Shown: positions 26,104 through 34,596 of the stretch, piece by piece
Layout: each line of letters starts with the position of its first letter
Numbering within the stretch: position 1 is the first letter of the stretch
From: a virus
Lineage: Duplodnaviria; Heunggongvirae; Uroviricota; Caudoviricetes
Direction: 5' to 3' (one strand)
DNA length: 64,000 bases
Virus record (IMG/VR): IMGVR_UViG_3300021426_000065
Span: 39,173 to 103,172 of that record
Notes under the pieces: model-generated
Seen by the model: only the letters and a program-made list of their open reading frames with translations
Databases searched by the model: none
What the model was told of the DNA's origin: nothing
Made by a program: the position numbers and the translations under genes

Positions 26104-26979
26104 ATGGAAAACGTACTTGGTACATATACGAATGGCAATTACCGTGTCGTAATGTTTGAAGATGGTACAAAAGTAAGATATAATAACCAGTCTACACTAA
26201 TCCCGCAGTTTCCTGAATCAATTGATTGTAAGATTTCAGATAGATGTGATATGGGATGCGCGTTCTGCCATGAGCAGTCCACACCTAATGGCGCACTTGC
26301 TAATCTAAATCACCCCATTTTTGACAGCCTTCATTCTTTCAGCGAGCTATCATTAGGCGGAGGAAACGCCCTTGAACACCCTGGACTTGAAGATTTCCTG
26401 CGGCGAATGGCGCGGCAGCGAGTCATTTGTAATATCACTGTACATCTTGACCATTTTATGAAAAATGCAAGTCTGTTATACGATTGGACTAATGAGAAAC
26501 TAATTCATGGTCTTGGTGTATCTGTTGACCGCGCAATTACCGCGGAAGAATATGAAATTATGTCCAAGTTTAAGAATCTCGTTGTACATCTTATCGCGGG
26601 CGTATCCACTACACCTCGGGTACTTACTAGTGTGCGCAATATGAAGTTGCTTATTCTGGGATATAAGGATTTCGGCCGCGGCCATAAGTATTTTGAAAAC
26701 AACGGCGACAAAATTAAAGAAGGAATTGATTGGCTTTGTAATGAACTGCCTGAAATCCAGCAGTATTATAAGCTAATCAGTTTCGATAATCTCGCGCTTG
26801 AACAGCTTAAAGTGCGTGATTGGGTTGATAAGAAAATATGGGATACATGTTATATGGGCGATGACGGAAAGTACACAATGTATCTAGATATGGTAAAGGA
26901 AGAGTTTGCTATGTCTTCTGTATCGCCGCGGTATAAGATTAATTCTAATAGCGTTGATGAACTATTTAGACAGGTGTAA
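26104..26979 (+). CDS. Radical SAM enzyme
   Basis: CDMGCAFC (CxxxCxxC), GGGN motif. Confidence 0.9.
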   Translation: MENVLGTYTNGNYRVVMFEDGTKVRYNNQSTLIPQFPESIDCKISDRCDMGCAFCHEQSTPNGALANLNHPIFDSLHSFSELSLGGGNALEHPGLEDFLRRMARQRVICNITVHLDHFMKNASLLYDWTNEKLIHGLGVSVDRAITAEEYEIMSKFKNLVVHLIAGVSTTPRVLTSVRNMKLLILGYKDFGRGHKYFENNGDKIKEGIDWLCNELPEIQQYYKLISFDNLALEQLKVRDWVDKKIWDTCYMGDDGKYTMYLDMVKEEFAMSSVSPRYKINSNSVDELFRQV

Positions 26980-27114
26980 CACCTGTCTATTTGTATTTGA
27001 CTTTTATTTTAATTTTTGATATACTATTTATGATAAATTTTCCTAGTTTCTTTAAGAAAATATAATAATTGAAGAGTAGGATTAATACATATCCTATGGC
27101 GGGAGGTGATAGTA

Positions 27115-27324
27115 ATGAATGTCATAGAAAAAATAGTATATTTGTCTGATAGACAAAACGGTTTGGGCATTCCAATGACAGTTATTGGTAAATATTGTGG
27201 GTGCCATCCAACTTCTATAACTTATTATTTAAAGGGCGCGGTGCCGAAAGATGAAGTTATAGAAAGATATGAGTGGGGTTTACATAACCTATTAAACGAC
27301 ATGAAACAAGTGATAGAAGGGTGA
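27115..27324 (+). CDS. XRE-like HTH regulator
   Basis: MTVIGKYCGCHPTSITYYLKG helix-turn-helix pattern; GGAGGTG RBS. Confidence 0.65.
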   Translation: MNVIEKIVYLSDRQNGLGIPMTVIGKYCGCHPTSITYYLKGAVPKDEVIERYEWGLHNLLNDMKQVIEG

Positions 27325-27333
27325 ATAAATGCT

Positions 27334-27537
27334 ATGCTTACACAAGAACAGTTAATTAATTATATTGATAATAACTATAACTTCCATTTAATGGACTATC
27401 AAAAAATCGCGTTATGGGAGTTTTATAAAAAGTGGATGACTAATAAAGACTTTATTTTTACTTATGGACGCGGCAATGGTAAGATGTTCATATATCAGAT
27501 AATGAAGGAACTTTTGGAATATGAGAATAATCAATAA
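27334..27537 (+). CDS. Hypothetical protein resembling a helicase/terminase N-terminal fragment
   Basis: LMDYQK...GRGNGK. Confidence 0.55.
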   Translation: MLTQEQLINYIDNNYNFHLMDYQKIALWEFYKKWMTNKDFIFTYGRGNGKMFIYQIMKELLEYENNQ

Positions 27538-27564
27538 TTATTAATGAAAAGATAGGTGAATAAT

Positions 27565-27732
27565 ATGTTCTATTATATTGTTTATTCTAAAAAAGTCGCG
27601 CGTGAACTAGAACGGAAAGGGTTTGTAGTTCAAAAAGTTGAGCCAAATAAGAAATATCCCACGCGCGCAGTATATTTCTTTGAAGATACCGCAGAACTTC
27701 GGAGGGCAATTTATCCTCTAATTAATAAATAA
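27565..27732 (+). CDS. Small hypothetical protein (DUF5659-like; not in track)
   Basis: YSKKVARELERKGF...PNKKYP...VYFFEDT. Confidence 0.6.
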   Translation: MFYYIVYSKKVARELERKGFVVQKVEPNKKYPTRAVYFFEDTAELRRAIYPLINK

Positions 27733-27759
27733 ACATCAACATAAACAGGAGTGATTCCT

Positions 27760-28104
27760 ATGGCTAACTACGCTAATCAAACTAGAATAAAAATTACTAA
27801 CATAAAACCTATTTATTATACGCAAGGCAAGACGCAAGGTAATGGATATTATCCTACCTTGTATTATGACTATATTGATAAGGCCGCGTCATTATTGAAT
27901 GGCAATGCATTTAAACTATGGCTATATTTAATCAGATGGCATAATCAAGGCTGGGTTGATTTCTCTCCCGCGGCGTTAAAAGATAGAATGGGCATGAGTA
28001 AGTCAAGTGTATTAGACGCTAAAAAAGAATTAATAAATAAAGGATACTTATCAGAAGATATAGACGGACTAACCTTTACTCCAATATCTACCAAGTTAGT
28101 TTGA
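27760..28104 (+). CDS. Winged-HTH replication-initiator-like protein
   Basis: LNGNAFKLWLYL...MGMSKSSV..AKKELINKGYL; followed by iteron-like repeats. Confidence 0.6.
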   Translation: MANYANQTRIKITNIKPIYYTQGKTQGNGYYPTLYYDYIDKAASLLNGNAFKLWLYLIRWHNQGWVDFSPAALKDRMGMSKSSVLDAKKELINKGYLSEDIDGLTFTPISTKLV

Positions 28105-28110
28105 ATGGGT

Positions 28111-28281
28111 CGGTTTTCGTACCATTCATTGCACCAAAAATTGTACCGTTCATTGGTACGAAAATCGTACCATTCATTGCACCAGAAATCGTTTAGGTTT
28201 GGTACGAAAACCGCACCAAATTGGTACGAAAATCGTACCGTATGGTGCGAAAACCGTACCATATGGTACGAAAACTGGTAT
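28111..28281. repeat. Iteron-like palindromic repeats GGTACG-AAAA(T/C)-CGTACC
   Basis: TGGT(A/G)CGAAAA five times, the last four at 21-22 bp period; CGTACCATTCATTGCACCA twice; AT-rich tract follows. Confidence 0.8.
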
Positions 28282-28416
28282 AGTAATAAAGATATACTAA
28301 ATATATACTAAATATATATTCACTAAATATATTACTAAAAATATGGCGGCACAGCCGCGAAACCCTGTATGAAAAAATAATAAAGCAAAAGACATTTTGT
28401 CTTCGGAGGTATAAAT

Positions 28417-28731
28417 ATGAAAATCTGTAAGCGTTGTGGCGAAGCATGGATTTATCACGATGATAATCCAGAAGTAGATACTTATCGAGTTAATTGCCAA
28501 TGTGGCCGTGCATTCACTGGCCCATACAAAACATTTGAGGCCGCGAAAGAAGCATGGGAAAATAATGTAAACGCAATAGATAAAAACGCGCGTTATTGTC
28601 CTTACTGCTATAAGTTTTTTGTCGCGCCTATAAAATCACAATATGATTCTCAATCATTTATTACTTATTATGAATCTACTTGTCCTACTTGCGGTTTTGT
28701 AGTAGAGTGGGATGATGTTTATTGGAGGTAA
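28417..28731 (+). CDS. Lar-like Zn-ribbon protein
   Basis: CKRCG...VNCQCG...EAAKEAWENN plus a second Zn ribbon. Confidence 0.6.
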   Translation: MKICKRCGEAWIYHDDNPEVDTYRVNCQCGRAFTGPYKTFEAAKEAWENNVNAIDKNARYCPYCYKFFVAPIKSQYDSQSFITYYESTCPTCGFVVEWDDVYWR

Positions 28732-28734
28732 AAT

Positions 28735-28986
28735 ATGTATAGAAGAAATAATACAAACTTTGAAGTAATCGCAATTTTTGCGGGCATCTTAATAATACTT
28801 ATAATTATCGCTAACATTATTTCCGCGAATAATTTTAACAATGGTGTCTGCCGCGTCTGTGGCGGGCAATATGAGTTTAAAAATGCGGTTGGCCATAGAT
28901 ATACAACAGAGTATGTATATGTTTGTAAGCAATGCGGAAATCTAATTACTACAACTTCATATTATAATTTACTTGACAATAAATAA
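28735..28986 (+). CDS. TM-anchored Zn-ribbon protein
   Basis: Hydrophobic helix; CRVCG...CKQCG. Confidence 0.72.
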   Translation: MYRRNNTNFEVIAIFAGILIILIIIANIISANNFNNGVCRVCGGQYEFKNAVGHRYTTEYVYVCKQCGNLITTTSYYNLLDNK

Positions 28987-29022
28987 AAATTATGATATAA
29001 TTTTTACAGAAAGGAGAATAGT

Positions 29023-29319
29023 ATGAAATCTATTTCTGATATTATTTTCGCTGTACAAAATTGCCGTATGGATGCAATTGGTTTAAAGAAGATTTGTGTT
29101 AAGTGTCCTTACCGCGGCAGAATTGATTGTATTTATGATTTAAAAGATGATATTGTTGAAGCATTACAATTGGTAGAAAAATATGTGCCAGATTATTTAG
29201 AATGCGGCGAATGGCTTCCAGTAGATGAAAAAAATGATGCGTGGGATTGTTCACTTTGCGGTGCTATGGTTGGCCGCAAAACAAACTATTGTCCTAGGTG
29301 TGGAAGGAGAATGCGATAA
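29023..29319 (+). CDS. Zn-ribbon protein
   Basis: CSLCG...YCPRCG. Confidence 0.72.
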   Translation: MKSISDIIFAVQNCRMDAIGLKKICVKCPYRGRIDCIYDLKDDIVEALQLVEKYVPDYLECGEWLPVDEKNDAWDCSLCGAMVGRKTNYCPRCGRRMR

Positions 29320-29765
29320 TGCGATTAATTGATGCTGATGCTTTTGATGAATGGCTTCAAAAGCATGAAGAAGCCTCCGCGGCATTAGAAGCTGCGGATT
29401 CAGATGTATTTGTAGATAAAGATAGAAAAACATATTATTCAACACAGGCTTTCCGCGATGTAATGCGTTATAGACCCACTGTTAATCGCGCGAAAAAAGT
29501 TGTTCACTTTCACCAAGAGTTTCCCGAGCATGATTGGGCACGAGATGAGGATGGTAAAATTGATGAGTTTGCGATGGAGTATGAATATCATAATGGTCCT
29601 TATTGTAATCGTTGTGGATATAGTTTCTGCATCAACTGTACACCCCGGGGTTGGGATGCTACGCGATGCATTGTTGATTATAATACTTGTCCAACATGCG
29701 GTGGGCGCGTGGTTCGCTCGCAACATTTCTGCGACAAGTGCGGACAGGAGCTTGATTGGGAATGA
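29319..29765 (+). CDS. Zn-ribbon protein (MRLIDAD type)
   Basis: MRLIDAD...CPTCG...FCDKCGQELDW. Confidence 0.75.
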   Translation: MRLIDADAFDEWLQKHEEASAALEAADSDVFVDKDRKTYYSTQAFRDVMRYRPTVNRAKKVVHFHQEFPEHDWARDEDGKIDEFAMEYEYHNGPYCNRCGYSFCINCTPRGWDATRCIVDYNTCPTCGGRVVRSQHFCDKCGQELDWE

Positions 29766-29941
29766 TTGATGATATTTTAGAGCATGTATTTGAAATACTA
29801 ACTGATTTTAAAAATAGTAATCAAATGACTTATTGGGCTTACTCTACATTATATGATGCAATTTGCATTGGTATATAGCAAGCATACGACCGCGGCAAGC
29901 ACGATGGTATAGAACAAGAACGTGAAAAAGATGAAGAGTAA
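29762..29941 (+). CDS. Small hypothetical protein (one TAG=Gln)
   Basis: ATGA overlap; fills the gap under code 15. Confidence 0.55.
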
Positions 29942-29957
29942 GAAAGTGGTATAAATT

Positions 29958-30248
29958 ATGAGTGAAGAAAAAGTTCTACATGGTTTAGATAATTGTCCGC
30001 TGATGGATATGAGCGGAAATTGTGCCCCAATTGGTAGGTTCTGTACTTCAATTGACGATGAGATTTGCCACGGTATGCGGCAAGCATATGAACGTAGCTT
30101 TGTTGAACCAGAAAAAGTAGATGGCATGCGCTATGCTTATGGGCATACTGATATGATTGGTGACTGTCCCGCGTGCGGCCTTACGGTATATAAAAGAATC
30201 AATACATGCTATTGCGGCGCATGCGGTAAGAGGATTAAGTGGGAATGA
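29958..30248 (+). CDS. Zn-ribbon protein
   Basis: CPACG...YCGACG. Confidence 0.72.
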   Translation: MSEEKVLHGLDNCPLMDMSGNCAPIGRFCTSIDDEICHGMRQAYERSFVEPEKVDGMRYAYGHTDMIGDCPACGLTVYKRINTCYCGACGKRIKWE

Positions 30249-30604
30249 AGAGTAATGAAGATATTATTAAGGGATTAGAAATATGTTCTAAACCAGGGCG
30301 CTCGTGTTGTTCAGATGAGTGCCCATATTATAAACAAAATAGAAATTGTACCAGTATGGAATTGAAGCAAGATGCGCTTGCCTTAATTAAACAATATATT
30401 GTTGCACCAAGTATTCAACTTACTATTCCATATAATGAGCTTCGTGATATTGGGTGCGGCGATTGCGTTTGCCGCATTTGTGCGCGTAATGAATGCTTAA
30501 ATAATATGGCACCCAATGTTCCAGAAACGGAATTATGCCGCGGCTGTAATCTTTGTTACGGGTCTACTAATTATTGCCCTTTTCTACCAGAGGAAGGAGA
30601 ATAA
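30245..30604 (+). CDS. Cys-rich hypothetical protein
   Basis: IIKGLEIC...CPY. Confidence 0.7.
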   Translation: MKSNEDIIKGLEICSKPGRSCCSDECPYYKQNRNCTSMELKQDALALIKQYIVAPSIQLTIPYNELRDIGCGDCVCRICARNECLNNMAPNVPETELCRGCNLCYGSTNYCPFLPEEGE

Positions 30605-30605
30605 A

Positions 30606-30875
30606 ATGATAACACAAGCAGCAGCCAAAGTAATATTAAAAGATGGTAACGTGCACACTATTCCCTTGCATCGCCACGGCGATATGGGGAAGATTCTAAA
30701 AGAGTTTGGTTACGAGCCAACAGGATTTGAAGTTATTAGCCAAGGTTTTCTTGATTCGGAAGGTAATTTCTATACACGTCGAGAAGCCGCGGATTATGTG
30801 CGAAAGCATTGGAACGAGCACCCAACACGAAGTTATTATATTGGGGAAGAATTATATAGTGAGGATTTATATTAA
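30606..30875 (+). CDS. Conserved phage hypothetical protein
   Basis: HRHGD...QGFLDSEGNFYTRREA...LYSEDLY. Confidence 0.75.
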   Translation: MITQAAAKVILKDGNVHTIPLHRHGDMGKILKEFGYEPTGFEVISQGFLDSEGNFYTRREAADYVRKHWNEHPTRSYYIGEELYSEDLY

Positions 30876-31390
30876 TGGAATCATATACATATTCAAATAC
30901 AATTTGTCCAAAATGTCATAGTAATGAAGTAGAATGGTTGTATGACGTTTCAACCGGAACTGGCTCTACTACAAAACTAAGGTGCTTACATTGTAACTAT
31001 GTGTTTGACCCACCTACAATATTACCAGAAAAGAAAACAAAGTATCCAATTATTACCCTATGCGGCAGTACCCGCTACCGCGATATGTTTATGTACATGC
31101 AAAAGGAACTAACACTCGCGGGCTATATTGTAATTAGTGTTGGGTGCTTTGGACATTATGAAACAGAGCAAGAGGCAGAGCGTATCACCGCGAACAAAGA
31201 TATGCTTGATGACATGCATAAGCGTAAAATTGATATGGCGGAATCAATCTATGTAATTAATCCGGGCGGCTACATTGGTTCTTCAACCGCATTTGAAATT
31301 AATTACGCAACAGAACATCATAAGGATGTTTATTACCTAGTGCCGCCGCGACTGGAAGGAGAACATAAAAATGGAACGTACATTAACTGA
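30875..31390 (+). CDS. Zn ribbon fused to a flavodoxin-like / nucleoside deoxyribosyltransferase-like domain
   Basis: ITLCGSTRY...HKRKIDMAESIYVINPGGYIGSST..EI.YA. Confidence 0.65.
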   Translation: MESYTYSNTICPKCHSNEVEWLYDVSTGTGSTTKLRCLHCNYVFDPPTILPEKKTKYPIITLCGSTRYRDMFMYMQKELTLAGYIVISVGCFGHYETEQEAERITANKDMLDDMHKRKIDMAESIYVINPGGYIGSSTAFEINYATEHHKDVYYLVPPRLEGEHKNGTYIN

Positions 31391-31571
31391 TATTACTTGG
31401 GATGAATATGTCGCGCATCCGCCATCCTATGTGAATGGCAAAGAATTAACTAATATTACATGTCCAGAATGCGGCCGCTACATTTACCGTGACCGTAGTA
31501 TGGTATTAACCACTTACCCACCCCAATTTTATTATTTATGTGAGTGTGGTTGGCATGGCGTTGGACATTAA
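31371..31571 (+). CDS. Zn-ribbon protein
   Basis: CPECG...LTTYPPQ.YY.CECG. Confidence 0.72.
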   Translation: MERTLTDITWDEYVAHPPSYVNGKELTNITCPECGRYIYRDRSMVLTTYPPQFYYLCECGWHGVGH

Positions 31572-31639
31572 AATTATATTGACTTGCTTGGGTATATTCT
31601 TTTTTACAATTATTTGTCATATAATTTTGGAGATAATCT

Positions 31640-31864
31640 ATGGTCGCTGAATGGAAACGCCGCGGAGTTTATAATCCGCGCTATTATTGCTCTAATTGTT
31701 TTATGTAGCCACCAGAAATAGAATACATATGCCCCTTTTGCGGCGCCGAAATGACGAATTATATTTCAATTTTAGATGCTGAGTTTCTAGCTTCTTCTAA
31801 CTTGACTGATATTGGGATTTATGGTATAATAAATAAAAAGAAGGGAGAAGAAGAAAATGATTGA
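31640..31864 (+). CDS. Zn-ribbon protein (one TAG=Gln)
   Basis: CSNC FM(TAG)PP...CPFCGAEM. Confidence 0.62.
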
Positions 31865-32024
31865 AGAAATCAAGTAGGCGCTTATTGAAAGCGATATGTC
31901 GCCGCGAGACTTACGTATCGCACTTGATATTATTACTAACATACAAATTAAAGAACTACAAAAAGAAATTGACGAAATGGCCAAAAAGCAATAGCTTATG
32001 AGAAAGGAAAATTGTAATGAATGA
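31857..32024 (+). CDS. Small hypothetical protein (two TAG=Gln)
   Basis: Own promoter 31802-31830, AAGGGAG RBS. Confidence 0.55.
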
Positions 32025-32451
32025 CTCGCACTTGTTTAAGGTCGCGCGCGAATGGAGTATGAAAGCAGACTACACGGGCGGCGGAAAGCCGCGACTTGGT
32101 TGTATTATAGTATATAAAAATACTGTCCTCGCGGGCGGCTTTAACAGTGACAAGACTCATCCATCACAAGAAAAGTTTAATCGTTATCGTTACAAAGCAA
32201 GCGGCAATAATTACTTGCCTGCTAAAACTCACGCCGAGCTTGCGGCGCTTCAAAAAATTAAATATTTGGATATTGATTTTTCTCGCGTTCACATCTATAT
32301 TTATCGTGAAACGCGCGATGGGAAGCTCGCCCTCGCTAAGCCTTGTGCGGCCTGCATGGCCGCAATTCGTTCTATGGGTATTAAATATATCCACTACACA
32401 ACCGAAGATAGTTTAGTATTTGAAAAATTAATTGACAAGAAAGGAATCTAA
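32017..32451 (+). CDS. Zn-dependent cytidine/deoxycytidylate deaminase family protein
   Basis: HAE and KPCAAC motifs. Confidence 0.88.
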   Translation: MNDSHLFKVAREWSMKADYTGGGKPRLGCIIVYKNTVLAGGFNSDKTHPSQEKFNRYRYKASGNNYLPAKTHAELAALQKIKYLDIDFSRVHIYIYRETRDGKLALAKPCAACMAAIRSMGIKYIHYTTEDSLVFEKLIDKKGI

Positions 32452-32455
32452 TATT

Positions 32456-32866
32456 ATGAGTAAGGTACATTATATTGTAAAGAAAGATGAGCGTGTAGTT
32501 GTTTGTGTTATTAGTGACACGGAAGATTATTTCATGGATTATATGGTGCGGCATATGTATGAAAACAACCATCTAATTACTGGTAGGTGGGATGATAAGT
32601 ATTTTCTGAAAAACTCATATAGCGGTGTCGCGAGGTGTGCTCCTGACGATGAGTGGAATGAAGAGATTGGCCGCAAGATTGCGTTTAACAAGGCAAAGGA
32701 GAAGCTAAATAATGCCTTCTTTAAGCGCGCGAAGACTTATGTGAATGCAGCCGATAGTGAGTTTAATCAGCTTATTGGCATCATCAATAACTATGGCGCG
32801 CGGCTTGCAAGCGATGCAGATAAGCGCGGTAAAGAAATTGACGGCCTTCTTGGTAAGAAAGAGTAA
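32456..32866 (+). CDS. Conserved phage hypothetical protein
   Basis: GVARCAPDDEWNEEIGRKIA motif. Confidence 0.78.
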   Translation: MSKVHYIVKKDERVVVCVISDTEDYFMDYMVRHMYENNHLITGRWDDKYFLKNSYSGVARCAPDDEWNEEIGRKIAFNKAKEKLNNAFFKRAKTYVNAADSEFNQLIGIINNYGARLASDADKRGKEIDGLLGKKE

Positions 32867-32908
32867 AAAAATAAAGGGAAGAGCTTATGCTCTCCCCGTT
32901 TTTTTATT
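32866..32908. terminator. Bidirectional intrinsic terminator between convergent genes
   Basis: A-tract, GGGAAGAGC-TTAT-GCTCTCCCC, T-tract. Confidence 0.7.
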
Positions 32909-34430
32909 TGTCTATTTGTTTCTTGCACTCATCTAATTGCGCTTGAATATCATTAAGTTGTTCTTGAAGCCGCGCGAGAACGACATTTAATTCGTCAGAC
33001 TTAGGTTCCTCTTCTTCTTCCTCTGGTGGAACTTCTTCTTCCTCTTCTGGCGGCAATGTAGCTTTATATTTATCTTCAATCTTTGGCCACGTTGCTTGTC
33101 CTACTTTACCGTCTACGCTCAATTTATTTTCTTTCTGGAACTTTTTAACCGCGGCCTCAGTTCCGCTGCCAAATACACCATCGGGTTCGCCACAATCGTA
33201 ACCAATGGCATTTAACATCTGTTGTAATTTTCTTACATTATCTCCCGTGGAGCCGCGTTTCAAAACACCAATGTTTTTATTAATAATCTTTGCTTGCTCT
33301 AAATATTCATCTGTATAATATCCAACTGGTATTGCATAGTGTGTCCATGCTTTATCATCTATGCTGCCTATCATTACTTCGCCCTTGCCGCTGCAATGAA
33401 TGATAATGCCACCGCCAATATGGAAGCCAATGTGGCTCATGCGGTTTCCATCTGCCTAATAGACACAGCACACAACATTAGGCATTTCCGCAATAGGACC
33501 ACGCCGCACAAAGTTCGCGGTGTTGCTCCAATGGTATGTCGCGCCCGCGCCTTTTAAAATAATACCGCACGCTTTATTAACCGCATTAACAAAGCCGATG
33601 CAATCGTATTCATCCATGCCTTCATACTTGCAGCCGCTACATGTTTTCTGCTTGCCACTTAATACTGGGCAGCGCTTTTTTATATTCGCGCGGCTAACTT
33701 CTGTCAATTTAGAAGAACTCATCCTACGTTCACGGTTGGCAACAGTGCATTTTTCACCTGTTGCGCCCCAGACATAAGGAGAACCCATTAAACTTTTTGC
33801 TTTTTCTACTACTTGTTCTGCAACCTAACTCATAAGTACCTCCCCATTTAATCCATATCCATACTATATCAATGTGCCTGGATAGTAAAATGCTAATATC
33901 TCTTTATATGTTTTACCGGCTTTCGCGGCCTAGTTGGCACCGCGTTGGCTCATTCCTACGCCATGGCCGCCGCCATTACCATCATCCCAAGGGTCATTTT
34001 GCTCGATTAGATAGGGTATATTGCTGCCCCATCTTTCTTTCGCAGATGTAGTGCGCCCGCCATTGCTTGAAGAATAAACAGCGGAAATTAATGAGCCATT
34101 GTATATTAATACTTGTCCCTTCGTTGCCTTCGCTGCTTCAACACAGTGCGGATAGCTATTTTTATTATAGCGTTTTGCGCGATATGCCTATGCGACACTA
34201 GAAGAATCTGAAATCTCACGGCCGCGCAGCACGCCGCGGTTGACTGCGAATGTGCGGCAAGCGATTGCCTGTGCTTTACATGCTTCTAATTGACCATTGC
34301 CTATCTCCGATGCGGTAACTGCCGCGACGTATTCTTCAAACTCTACTTCAACAATATCATTTATATTTGCATTAAAATAAGTGGCATTTTCTTGCCTTGT
34401 AATTTTTACTTTAATTTTCAATGGGACCAC
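32904..34430 (-). CDS. Multi-domain endolysin: SpoIID/LytB + NlpC/P60-like + peptidoglycan-binding domain (TAG=Gln)
   Basis: EEYV..V.ASE...KAQAIACRTF, GHGVGMSQ.GA, IL.FYYPG; GSPYVWGA...YDCIGFV...HIG; LKRGSTG.NVRKLQ...DGVFG..TEAAVKKFQ; one frame with five TAGs; start GTG 34430 or TTG 34421. Confidence 0.85.
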
Positions 34431-34596
34431 CCCCTTTATATTTTAGTGATAAAATGCCATACGAAATCTATTAAAAAGTTTTAAAATGGGATATTTAACC
34501 TCATTCTCTACTACTACTTTTATAGAGAGACAACTTTTTAAGTTGTATCAAAAGGATAACCGGCATTAATTGCCGAGATTTTAAGGAGGGAAAGGA

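Noticed and set aside
28105..28311. 68-aa ORF over the iteron-like repeats
   Set aside because: No RBS and the translation simply mirrors the DNA repeat; could be a remnant of a longer initiator gene but is not supportable as a CDS.
34505..34532. Phage late-promoter motif (CTACTTTTATAGAG, similar to 45788-45806)
   Set aside because: Only two loose instances; insufficient for a consensus.
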